Virus record (IMG/VR): IMGVR_UViG_3300000176_000001
Reading direction: 5' to 3' (one strand)
Origin: a virus
DNA length: 64,000 nucleotides
Shown: positions 43,801 through 52,088 of the stretch, piece by piece
Layout: the number at the start of each line of letters is the position of its first letter
Position numbering within the stretch: position 1 is the stretch's first letter
The notes under the pieces: model-generated
Seen by the model: only the letters and a program-made list of their open reading frames with translations
Told to the model about the DNA's origin: nothing
The model's database searches: none
Translations under genes and position numbers: made by a program

Positions 43801-46800
43801 TTATTTGAAACACCTAGATATGTTCCTGTTACAGGATTATAACTTATTGGACTATTAAGAGATGTTGCATTAATTGTACCATTTGTACTTAGAGTTGTAG
43901 CGTTAAATGATAGATAATCCCAACCAACAGATGGTATAGCGTATCCATCAGTAGATGTTTCCATTCTATATCCACCAAACATCGCAACAAATCTACCACC
44001 GTATAAATCTGGATAGTATGCTATAAATTTACCAAGACCGTTGATTGCGCTTGTTTGTGGACTCCATGTATTAGCATCTACAGATGATGTATATGAAGAA
44101 ACTGTAGCATTACTTACTAAAGCTACTAATCTTCCTGCACCATATGCCATATAAGTTACGTTTGCAGGAGCAGAAGATGTTTTCCAATTTATTGCAGAAG
44201 TAGTAGCATTTGTTACGTTAATATAATAAAGAGTAGTATTACCTACACCTAAAACAAATTTACCCTGAGGTTCACCGGTAGCAGCTCCTAAAACTGGGTT
44301 AGGAACATATACTAATATGTTAGCATTTGCCAGTGTTGTTCCTGCCGCGTTTGCAATAGTAGGACCAGCGGACCATGTAACACCATCAGTTGAATAATAA
44401 GAAGTATTAGTATTAACAGGCTTAGCTAAGAAGATACCAGTATTACCACTAGTTGGGGCATAAGCAACTAAGCCTTGCTTTAGTGCAAAACCAGTAGGAG
44501 TATTAGTAGTCCATGTATTACTAAAGGATCCTTTGGTAATTAATGACAGAATACTATTAGATGTAGCACCCATAGAAAGGTTGCTGAAAAATACGTTAGT
44601 AGTAAATGTCTGAGTATTTGTCCAGGTATACTGCGCGGAAGTGTTAACAGATCCACCACCTCCACCTCCTGTTACTGTCGACCAATATACGTTACCTGAT
44701 CCATTTGATGTTAATACTTGACCAGCTTGACCAGAGTTACCACCGGCAATAATCGCAGCATTGATAGTAACGTTAGCATTATATGTTGCTAAGTTACTAA
44801 ATGTCTGTGTTCCTGTATATGTAAAGTTTGCAGTTGTATTGACATAGTTTGTCAGCGTAGTCGATAATTGTGAGTTGGTAACAAATGTTGATAATCCATA
44901 TCCACCAAAGTTTAACGCATTATTTGCAGTTCCACTAAATGATGTGACTGTAGAGTTAGAGCTTATTGCAGCATTGACAGTGGCATTACCAAATGTAATT
45001 GTATTACTAAATGTGTATTGTGCTGCAGTATTTATTGATCCACTTCCGCCTGATACCGTCGACCAATACACATTACCAGATCCATTAGACGTAAGTACTT
45101 GACCGGCTGATCCAGAGTTACCACCAGCAATAATGGCACCGTTAACAGACACGTTAGCAGTGTGTGTCACTAAACCAGTAAATGCTGCACCTGTTAATAA
45201 TGCTATACTAGTGTTTGTATATGAGATAGCATTAGCGTAAGCTAGAGCTGCGTTTCCAGAATATGCAATAGCATTGCTATAGGCATTAGTAGCATAACCA
45301 ATCAGGTTAGCAGCCGAGTTGCCGTTTAGATAAGTTGAGTTGTTTGCAGTTAGTGATGTACCGCTAAATACTGTCGAGTTAACTGTAGCGTTAACTGTAG
45401 AGTTTCCAATAAACAATCTATCTGAATACATGGAAACATTGCTATATGTTCCATTGACAACCGAGAGGTCATTGTTAACAACAACGTGGTTAGCACTAAG
45501 TGTATTGGATGTTACTATATTTGCCGAGACGTTTCCAGCTGTTTGGTCAATTGTCCAATAAACACTCGTTCCATTTGATGCAAGAACTTGACCAACTGTA
45601 CCCATAGATCCATTAGCAATGATCTGATTGGCATATAAGTTAAAGAGTTTTGTTGTTGCACCGAGGCTTAAGTTATTTGTGTATGGAGTAATATTAACAT
45701 TTGACTGCCAAGAAGTAGTAGGATCATCAAATACTAAATTAGCATATGATCCAGCAACTATACCAGCTCCAGATGTTAAGAAAGTATTTGCAGCTCCATT
45801 AGCTAAAATAATATTCTTATCAGTAGTAGTTATAACAGTAGAGTTAATAAAAGTAGTAGATCCTGAAAGAATAAGGTTTCCTGTAACAGTTAGATTATTA
45901 TTAACTGTTAAGTTAGCATTAATAACTACCGAACCAGTAAATGTTGTTCCTGATTTTAAAGCTATGTTTGTATTGGTATATGATATAGCATTACTATAAG
46001 CATTTGCAGCAACTAATACTGCATTACTATAAGCATTTGCTGCAGCATTTGCTGCATAAGCAATAGCGTTAGAAAAAGCGTTTCCGGCAACTAATACTGC
46101 ATTACTATAAGCATTTGCTGCAGCATTTGCTGCATAAGCAATAGCATTTGAATATGCTTGTGAAGCATTACCAGAATAAGCAATGGCATTAGCATAGGCG
46201 TTTGATGCATAATTAATTAATGTTAATGCTGTATTTCCATTAAGATAAGATGAATTATTAGCAGTCAGTGATGTTCCACTAAATGTTGTAGAATTAACTG
46301 TAGAATTAACAGTTGTATTTCCTATATTAAGACCGGATAAATTTAATGTAACACTATATGATGATGCATTTTGAATGAATATACCATTGTTAGAGATGTC
46401 AGTGTTAGCAACGGTATTACCAATAGAGAGATTTCCAACAGTGACATAGATTGCATCAGATGTTAAGTTACCTGTTTGTAATACACCTACGTTTGATGAC
46501 CAATATACGTTTGATGTACCATTAGAAGTTAAAAACTGACCAGATTGACCTGTATTACCACCAGCTACTATAGCTCCGTTAACTGTTATATTTGCTGTAA
46601 ATACAGTACTTCCTGTAAATGTAGCACCAGTTTTTCTTGCATAAACTTCTGTTCCATTGATATAGAAACCCTGTGTGTTAGCAGTAGTACCAGAAACACT
46701 ATTTCCAGTACTTATTCCAGATTGATTAATGGTGATTCCACCGCCTGTTGCACTAGGACTAATAAACTGGATAGTTGGCGCATTATTTCCAACTGTAAAG

Positions 46801-48956
46801 TTTGCATAGTTCGTGCTATTACCTAATTGGATGAATGAGGCATTAACGTTAAACACATTTTGTGATACTGCATAAGGAGAACCTTGTGGGAAGAACTGTG
46901 GCGCACCGCCTCCACCATTTTCATCACGCCAGCTCATGCCTAGTGAAATTAAAGGCTCAAGATTTATTCCAATAGCAGTTGAATTTATATAACCACCTGA
47001 TGATGTAATAGATGAGATATAAACATCATGAGATGATGTATTACTGAAAGTAGCCCAAAAAGTTGTACTATTAACAGTAGTTTGAATATCACCATTTCCT
47101 ATAAAAATCCTATCACTATACATTGCTGTATTGCTATAAGATCCATTAACAATCGATATATCATTATTGACTACAACATGATTTGATGTAAGAGTATTAG
47201 ATGTTACTACGTTTGCTACAACATTCCCAACAAATTGATCTGATGCCCAATACAACCCACCAGTACTATTTGCTGTAAGTACTTGGCTAACAGTACCTAG
47301 TGATCCATTAGCTACTAGAGTATTTGCAACTATATTAGCATTAAATATAACGTTACCGGTAAATATGGTACCAGTCTTAAGAACAATATTCGTATTAGTG
47401 TAAGCAATAGCATTAGCATATGCCTGAGCAGCATTACCAGAATAGGCTATTGCATTTGAATAAGCATTTGCAGCGGCTAAACTAGCATATGAAGTTGCAT
47501 TTGAATATGCATTTGTAGCGGCTAAGTCCGCATAACTTGTAGCATTAGAGTATGCATTTGCTGCAGCATTTGCTGCATAAGATATTGCGTTAGTATATGC
47601 TTGTACTGAGTTTCCTGAATAAGCTATAGCATTTGAATATGCATTAGCTGCTTTATTATCTGTATAGGAAACAGCATTAGTATATGCATTTGAGGCAGCC
47701 AAACCAGCATATGTAACAGCATTACTATAGGCATTTGCAGCTTTATTATCTGCATACGTAACAGCATTAGAATATGCTTGTGCGGCATTACTAGTTGCGG
47801 CAGTTCCAGCATAACTTATTGCATTTGAGTAGGCATTTGCTGCAACTAAAGCTGCATAACTTATTGCATTAGAATATGCATTTGCTGCGGCTAGACTTGA
47901 GTATGTGACTGCATTACTATATGCATTATCTGCCTTATTACCGGCATATGTGACAGCATTACTATAAGCATTTGCAGCTTTATTATCTGCATAAGTAGTT
48001 GCATTTGAGTATGCTTGTGCAGCATTTCCAGAATAAGCTATTGCGTTAGCATAAGCATTAGCAGCTTTATTATTTGTGTATGTTACTGCATTAGCATAGG
48101 CTAAAGCAGCATTACCAGAATAAGCAATAGCATTACTATAAGCATTTGCAGCCGCATTTCCGGCATAACTTACTGCATTACTATAAGCATTAGCAGCAAC
48201 GTTTGCGGCATAGCTTACTGCATTACTATAAGCATTAGCAGCAACGTTTGCGGCATAGCTTACTGCATTACTATAAGCATTAGCGGCTGCTAAGTCTGTA
48301 TAAGAAACAGCATTTGAGTATGCCTGTGCAGCATTACTTGTTGCAGCAGTACCTGCATAAGCTATAGCATTAGAGTAGGCATTAGCAGCAGCAAGAGACG
48401 CATATGTTACAGCATTACTATATGCGTTTGCAGCTTTATTATCAGAATAGGTGTGAAGATCTGATACTGTATTTCCGCTCAAGTAGCTAGCATTATTAGC
48501 AGTACCGCTAAAAGTTGTTGCATTAGTTACCGTGTAGACAGTTGCATTTCCTGCAACAAAACTTGCAGCCTGAATAGTACCAAGGTCAGTTCCAGATACT
48601 GGTCCTAGTACTACGTCAGTAGATGTGTTATAGTATGCAAGGTAACCCGTTGTATCTACCCTTGCAAGGAAAGCTTGTCTATCTGAATCGTCATAGTAGT
48701 GGAATGCGATACCAATATTCTGGCCATCATCTGATGTTAGAGGAGCAAGGTTAGCTTGAGTATGAAGACTCAATACTGAAGACTGTAATACTAAGTTATT
48801 GGCGCCAGATATGACTGTGTTGCCTGAGAGAGTCAGTGTTCCGGTAACAGTAAGATTGTTCGCGATAGTCAGCGGTGCCGATACCGAGATGGTGTTCGGG
48901 CTAGTATTTACTGAAAGAAAGTCAGCAAACGTACCTAACTGTTGATTCTGGCTCAT
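40809..48956 (-). CDS. giant (2715 aa) fibre/adhesin-like virion protein
   Basis: ANAYSNA coiled-coil repeats, GQVLTSNG modules, TTGTGG repeats, GKAIAMAIVFGG C-terminus. Confidence 0.85.
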   Translation of the reverse strand: MSQNQQLGTFADFLSVNTSPNTISVSAPLTIANNLTVTGTLTLSGNTVISGANNLVLQSSVLSLHTQANLAPLTSDDGQNIGIAFHYYDDSDRQAFLARVDTTGYLAYYNTSTDVVLGPVSGTDLGTIQAASFVAGNATVYTVTNATTFSGTANNASYLSGNTVSDLHTYSDNKAANAYSNAVTYASLAAANAYSNAIAYAGTAATSNAAQAYSNAVSYTDLAAANAYSNAVSYAANVAANAYSNAVSYAANVAANAYSNAVSYAGNAAANAYSNAIAYSGNAALAYANAVTYTNNKAANAYANAIAYSGNAAQAYSNATTYADNKAANAYSNAVTYAGNKADNAYSNAVTYSSLAAANAYSNAISYAALVAANAYSNAISYAGTAATSNAAQAYSNAVTYADNKAANAYSNAVTYAGLAASNAYTNAVSYTDNKAANAYSNAIAYSGNSVQAYTNAISYAANAAANAYSNATSYADLAATNAYSNATSYASLAAANAYSNAIAYSGNAAQAYANAIAYTNTNIVLKTGTIFTGNVIFNANIVANTLVANGSLGTVSQVLTANSTGGLYWASDQFVGNVVANVVTSNTLTSNHVVVNNDISIVNGSYSNTAMYSDRIFIGNGDIQTTVNSTTFWATFSNTSSHDVYISSITSSGGYINSTAIGINLEPLISLGMSWRDENGGGGAPQFFPQGSPYAVSQNVFNVNASFIQLGNSTNYANFTVGNNAPTIQFISPSATGGGITINQSGISTGNSVSGTTANTQGFYINGTEVYARKTGATFTGSTVFTANITVNGAIVAGGNTGQSGQFLTSNGTSNVYWSSNVGVLQTGNLTSDAIYVTVGNLSIGNTVANTDISNNGIFIQNASSYSVTLNLSGLNIGNTTVNSTVNSTTFSGTSLTANNSSYLNGNTALTLINYASNAYANAIAYSGNASQAYSNAIAYAANAAANAYSNAVLVAGNAFSNAIAYAANAAANAYSNAVLVAANAYSNAISYTNTNIALKSGTTFTGSVVINANLTVNNNLTVTGNLILSGSTTFINSTVITTTDKNIILANGAANTFLTSGAGIVAGSYANLVFDDPTTSWQSNVNITPYTNNLSLGATTKLFNLYANQIIANGSMGTVGQVLASNGTSVYWTIDQTAGNVSANIVTSNTLSANHVVVNNDLSVVNGTYSNVSMYSDRLFIGNSTVNATVNSTVFSGTSLTANNSTYLNGNSAANLIGYATNAYSNAIAYSGNAALAYANAISYTNTSIALLTGAAFTGLVTHTANVSVNGAIIAGGNSGSAGQVLTSNGSGNVYWSTVSGGSGSINTAAQYTFSNTITFGNATVNAAISSNSTVTSFSGTANNALNFGGYGLSTFVTNSQLSTTLTNYVNTTANFTYTGTQTFSNLATYNANVTINAAIIAGGNSGQAGQVLTSNGSGNVYWSTVTGGGGGGSVNTSAQYTWTNTQTFTTNVFFSNLSMGATSNSILSLITKGSFSNTWTTNTPTGFALKQGLVAYAPTSGNTGIFLAKPVNTNTSYYSTDGVTWSAGPTIANAAGTTLANANILVYVPNPVLGAATGEPQGKFVLGVGNTTLYYINVTNATTSAINWKTSSAPANVTYMAYGAGRLVALVSNATVSSYTSSVDANTWSPQTSAINGLGKFIAYYPDLYGGRFVAMFGGYRMETSTDGYAIPSVGWDYLSFNATTLSTNGTINATSLNSPISYNPVTGTYLGVSNNYIFSSTDFVNWTVANNGVAQWYSLGSYGGYNLFTANNTGTIYGITNTVNTVTTIYSSPGINATSGPAFISTPYSHTIFDNSTTGNNISTFSYGTTVINPQQRGYMDNIIIGESIPTRGRFNELTAAILTINPASSNTSVGGYTQTTIGDGLTIQGGGSTSLTGIRFGTFYTGVPGGANSNMNGNGFFVGSSTTNAYLYSTGLYFNQNNASGTNGLFNTSQIYINPTAAANSSGTGGFWLNPTSGLYLGNTGSSFGITLSTSAGAYLYLGSTTQSTTGTGGAIANNSTYFFGNNIINAYMTANYASGNLILVMQNTTTNAYLTPNTLFIGNASINTTVNTVGIYLNPTSGANTTGNGGLSLDPINGMFFGNNTINATYNTSTIILNPTASANTTGTGGLYINTIGLFIGNSTVNTIQNTSSLSINPTASANTTGTGGFNATGTGIFLGNNASNVSISTTTISIGAGSANTTGTGGFNATGQTLFFGNSATNVAMNTTSWVMGAPNGGKLTIGTGTANTTGSGALQWDQSGGGPVLWAGNNSGNLYWNGSYNTSEGSSLLVSTAIGTGTGTGKVNTSSFFAGNNSVNAYISVSSLAINPSSSANTTGTGGAYLTGTALTIGNSTSNAVINTTGVYVNGTALINSINTAAQYTWTNTQTFTNTITHTANVIINNTLTVGNSTVNTQTNATHFYTGNSTYYGYGNNITDSIVSPSGNIIISSTYVALSNSTASNTVVVSTSGITFGNSTVNAAITTNSTVTSFSGTANNALNFGGYGLSTFVTNSQLSTTLTNYVNTTANFTYTGTQTFSNTVIHAGILGVNSVIQINGSNGTAGQVLTSNGSGNVYWSNVSGGGSVNTASQYTFTNTITFSNTITIANVSANGTTGTSGQVLTSNGTVAYWALPNVPQSNAISDSFTANGTQTTFTISTAVRNQNNSIVTLDGMVQLPVTHYSISGTTLTMTTAPIANSIVEVRNFDNIYAGGGVSTGKAIAMAIVFGG
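47400..48440 (-). repeat. mainly 45-bp (15-aa) ANAYSNA tandem repeat array
   Basis: For example tactgcattactataagcattagcagcaacgtttgcggcatagct occurs in exact tandem at ~48171-48285. Confidence 0.9.
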
Positions 48957-49009
48957 TAATTAAACTCTCTCGTTATTATTGTCATATTTATTAGCCTATT
49001 ATAAAATTT

Positions 49010-51811
49010 TTAACTTATAGCAGCCACAAACGTATTATTTGCAGTTCCATCTAAACAGAAATACTTGACATACATCGTATTGTGAGAACTTAGATAAAAA
49101 GATGCGCCGCCTGTAGCCTGTGTTGAGGAAACACCATGGTTGAACTGTTGAGTACCACCAGCATTGTTAAAGATGAATAGCTCAACAACTTTACCAGCAG
49201 TAAGATTCTGTAAGTTAGCAGTTACTGTTCCAGCGTTAGTATGAATATGGACGAAATTGTCTGTGGAAAAGTCAATTAAAACGCTGTTCGAGATTACGTT
49301 TGCTATTCTTACGTTAGGAACTTTGTAAGCGGTATTTTGTACGGTATTGTCAGTAAAAGTAATTGTTGTATTTGCTTTAATGTTTTGATTAAAAATAACA
49401 CTGTTGTTTACCGAAGTAGAACCGACTATCAAGTTTTGCGATGTATTTGCTAACTGAATAGTATAGTTTTGAAGAATGATACCGCCAGCATTGAATCCAG
49501 CGTTAGCATTGTATGTATTAGGAGCAGACTTCTGAGCGATATAGAAAACTTGGTTAGCTACAGATAGTGTTTGGTCTGGACCACCCATAGTATCGGTAAA
49601 GATGATAGAGTTTGATCCGATCCACATCTCTGCGAATCTGTTAGTTGTATTACCTAGTGTGAATACAAGATTAGATGTTGGTATAATAGAGCTGTTAACA
49701 CTGTTAACAGCTATCATAGTTGTTCCTATATAGGTAGTACCTACAGTGAGTGGACCGGACATAGTGTCGCCGGCTTTTTCAACGTATGATCCAGGAGCTC
49801 CCGTGTACGGGACCTGACCTAACACGTCGATCGTAGTTCCACTAGGATAAGTCGCTGTCGTCGTAAATATAGATCCGTTAGACACGTCTACGTCTGTGCC
49901 ATTGAGTAGCTTAACACCATTCACGAACACGTCTAAGTTATATGGAGTATATCCACCAGAAACGGTGTAAGTAGTTCCTGTTCCATTAGCAGTATAGTTC
50001 TGTCTGACAGGAGCTAGTGCTGCCCAGTATGGAGATGATCCATTGCTTAGTAGAACCTGTTTGTCGGTGCCAATAGAGCCGTTAGCTATAAGGCCTGTAT
50101 TTGATATCACAACATTACCGGTAAACGTTGCCCCAGAAAGATGTGCAAAGTAAGTGTTTGTATAAGCGACTGCGTTAGCATATGCTGTAGCAGCATTACT
50201 AGTAGCTGCACTTCCTGCATAAGATATAGCATTAGAGTAGGCATTAGCTGCTACTAAACCTGCATATGTGACTGCATTACTATATGCATTGTCAGCATAT
50301 AAACCAGCATTAAAGACCGCATTGGCATATGCAGTTGCAGAGTGAGAGTCGGCATAGCTAGACGAATATGTGACTGCATTAGAGTAAGCAGTCGCTGCTG
50401 CTGAGTCAGCATATGCGACTGAATTTGTATAAGCATTTGCAGCTGCAAGACTTGCATAAGTCACTGCATTAGAGTATGCATTAGCAGCTCTATTATTTGT
50501 ATATGTAACTCCATTAGAATATGCATTTCCGGCAACATTACTAGCATAAGCTATAGCATTAGAGTATGCATTAGCCGCTGCTAAATCAGCATAAGCCGTA
50601 GCATTAGAATAAGCTTGATATGAATTTCCCGAAACTATATTATCTGCATATGAGGCAGCATTTAAATAAGCATTTTCAGCAACATAATCAGCATAGCTTG
50701 TTGCGTTTGCATATGCATTTGCTGCTTTATTATTTGCATAAGTGAGAATAGTAGATATACTATTTCCACCAAGATACAGTGCATTATTTGAAGTACCAGA
50801 AAATGATGTTGAGTTAACAGTCGAATTTACTGTACTATTTCCTACAATAAGACCGGTATTAGATACTATCGTATTTACCGTTGAGTTTCCAACAGATACA
50901 TGTCCATTGATGACTTCTACATTGTCTACTGTTAGATTTGTTGGAGTAACAGATGAAGTCCAATATATTGATGTTCCATTAGATGTAAGATAGTTTCCAT
51001 TACCACCAGCAGAACCATTAGCTATAATCATAGTTGAATTAATAACTATGTTAGATGTAGAGTTACCTATCTTAATAGAGTTATTAGATATTTCTACATT
51101 AACTAGTGAGTTACCTACTGCTAATCTTCCACCAGTTATGCTTATAGAGTTCACTGATAAGTCTGACGGTGTTACTGCTGCTGCCCAATAAACACCTGAT
51201 CCATTTGATGATAAGAATGTACCTGATCCACCAAATTCACCATTAGCATATATTGGAGTATTATTAGATATATCAATTGCTGTAGTATTAACAAAAAGAC
51301 TATTAGCTACATTAAGTGTGTTAGATATAACCGCGTCGACTGAGTTAGTGACGTTTGCGGCCAGAGCAAATACGCTATAGGCTGTAACATTTGTAATAAA
51401 TGTGTTCTGTACATAGTTATTTGTAGCTACGTAGTCACCGTTGACTGCAATAGCAGAACTTGTTATGATACTGTTTACTGTAGAGTTACCAACCTGAATA
51501 ACCGAACCAAACAGTGCAGCATTACCCGGCTTGATTAAGGTATTGGCAGTAGAGTTAGCAATATAGATAGAGCTAGAATTCACAGTCGTGTTGACTGTAC
51601 TATTTCCTAGGAATATAGTATTTGATACTACAAGGCTAGTAAGATTAGACCCAACCTCAAATGCCACAGTTCCGTTCGACGAGAATAACTTCTTGTCTGA
51701 AAGATTGAGCGCGAGTTCTCCGGTCTCAATATACTGTGTATTCGCAGGATCTGCCGTATTAGGGGTACGCCCTGATACAGTAGTCCTTTTAATCCTAATT
51801 TTACTAGCCAT
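49010..51811 (-). CDS. fibre-like virion protein with ANAYSNA repeats
   Basis: IRIKRT...P...GELALN N-terminal domain; repeat stalk at ~50160-50740. Confidence 0.8.
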   Translation of the reverse strand: MASKIRIKRTTVSGRTPNTADPANTQYIETGELALNLSDKKLFSSNGTVAFEVGSNLTSLVVSNTIFLGNSTVNTTVNSSSIYIANSTANTLIKPGNAALFGSVIQVGNSTVNSIITSSAIAVNGDYVATNNYVQNTFITNVTAYSVFALAANVTNSVDAVISNTLNVANSLFVNTTAIDISNNTPIYANGEFGGSGTFLSSNGSGVYWAAAVTPSDLSVNSISITGGRLAVGNSLVNVEISNNSIKIGNSTSNIVINSTMIIANGSAGGNGNYLTSNGTSIYWTSSVTPTNLTVDNVEVINGHVSVGNSTVNTIVSNTGLIVGNSTVNSTVNSTSFSGTSNNALYLGGNSISTILTYANNKAANAYANATSYADYVAENAYLNAASYADNIVSGNSYQAYSNATAYADLAAANAYSNAIAYASNVAGNAYSNGVTYTNNRAANAYSNAVTYASLAAANAYTNSVAYADSAAATAYSNAVTYSSSYADSHSATAYANAVFNAGLYADNAYSNAVTYAGLVAANAYSNAISYAGSAATSNAATAYANAVAYTNTYFAHLSGATFTGNVVISNTGLIANGSIGTDKQVLLSNGSSPYWAALAPVRQNYTANGTGTTYTVSGGYTPYNLDVFVNGVKLLNGTDVDVSNGSIFTTTATYPSGTTIDVLGQVPYTGAPGSYVEKAGDTMSGPLTVGTTYIGTTMIAVNSVNSSIIPTSNLVFTLGNTTNRFAEMWIGSNSIIFTDTMGGPDQTLSVANQVFYIAQKSAPNTYNANAGFNAGGIILQNYTIQLANTSQNLIVGSTSVNNSVIFNQNIKANTTITFTDNTVQNTAYKVPNVRIANVISNSVLIDFSTDNFVHIHTNAGTVTANLQNLTAGKVVELFIFNNAGGTQQFNHGVSSTQATGGASFYLSSHNTMYVKYFCLDGTANNTFVAAIS

Positions 51812-51844
51812 CTGGCATCCCTATCAATCGGTAGAAACCGAGGG

Positions 51845-52060
51845 TTAAAAGTCTTCCTTAGTTGTCTTTGAAGCTTTCTTATTTAAGGAGGCTTCAAGCT
51901 TATATATCTGTTGCTTCAGCTCCTCATTATCTGCTGATAAGGCCGCTGTGGCTTTCTTAGCTAGGTCGAGTTGAACTTGATATATGATCTCGTTCTTTGT
52001 CATTAACTCGACTCTAGCCGAAAGTTTTTCAATATAAAGGTTTACAAATTCTGAATCCAT
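51845..52060 (-). CDS. small coiled-coil protein
   Basis: 71-aa heptad-rich ORF. Confidence 0.7.
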   Translation of the reverse strand: MDSEFVNLYIEKLSARVELMTKNEIIYQVQLDLAKKATAALSADNEELKQQIYKLEASLNKKASKTTKEDF

Positions 52061-52088
52061 GATATAATAGTCCTATTCACTGTTAATA

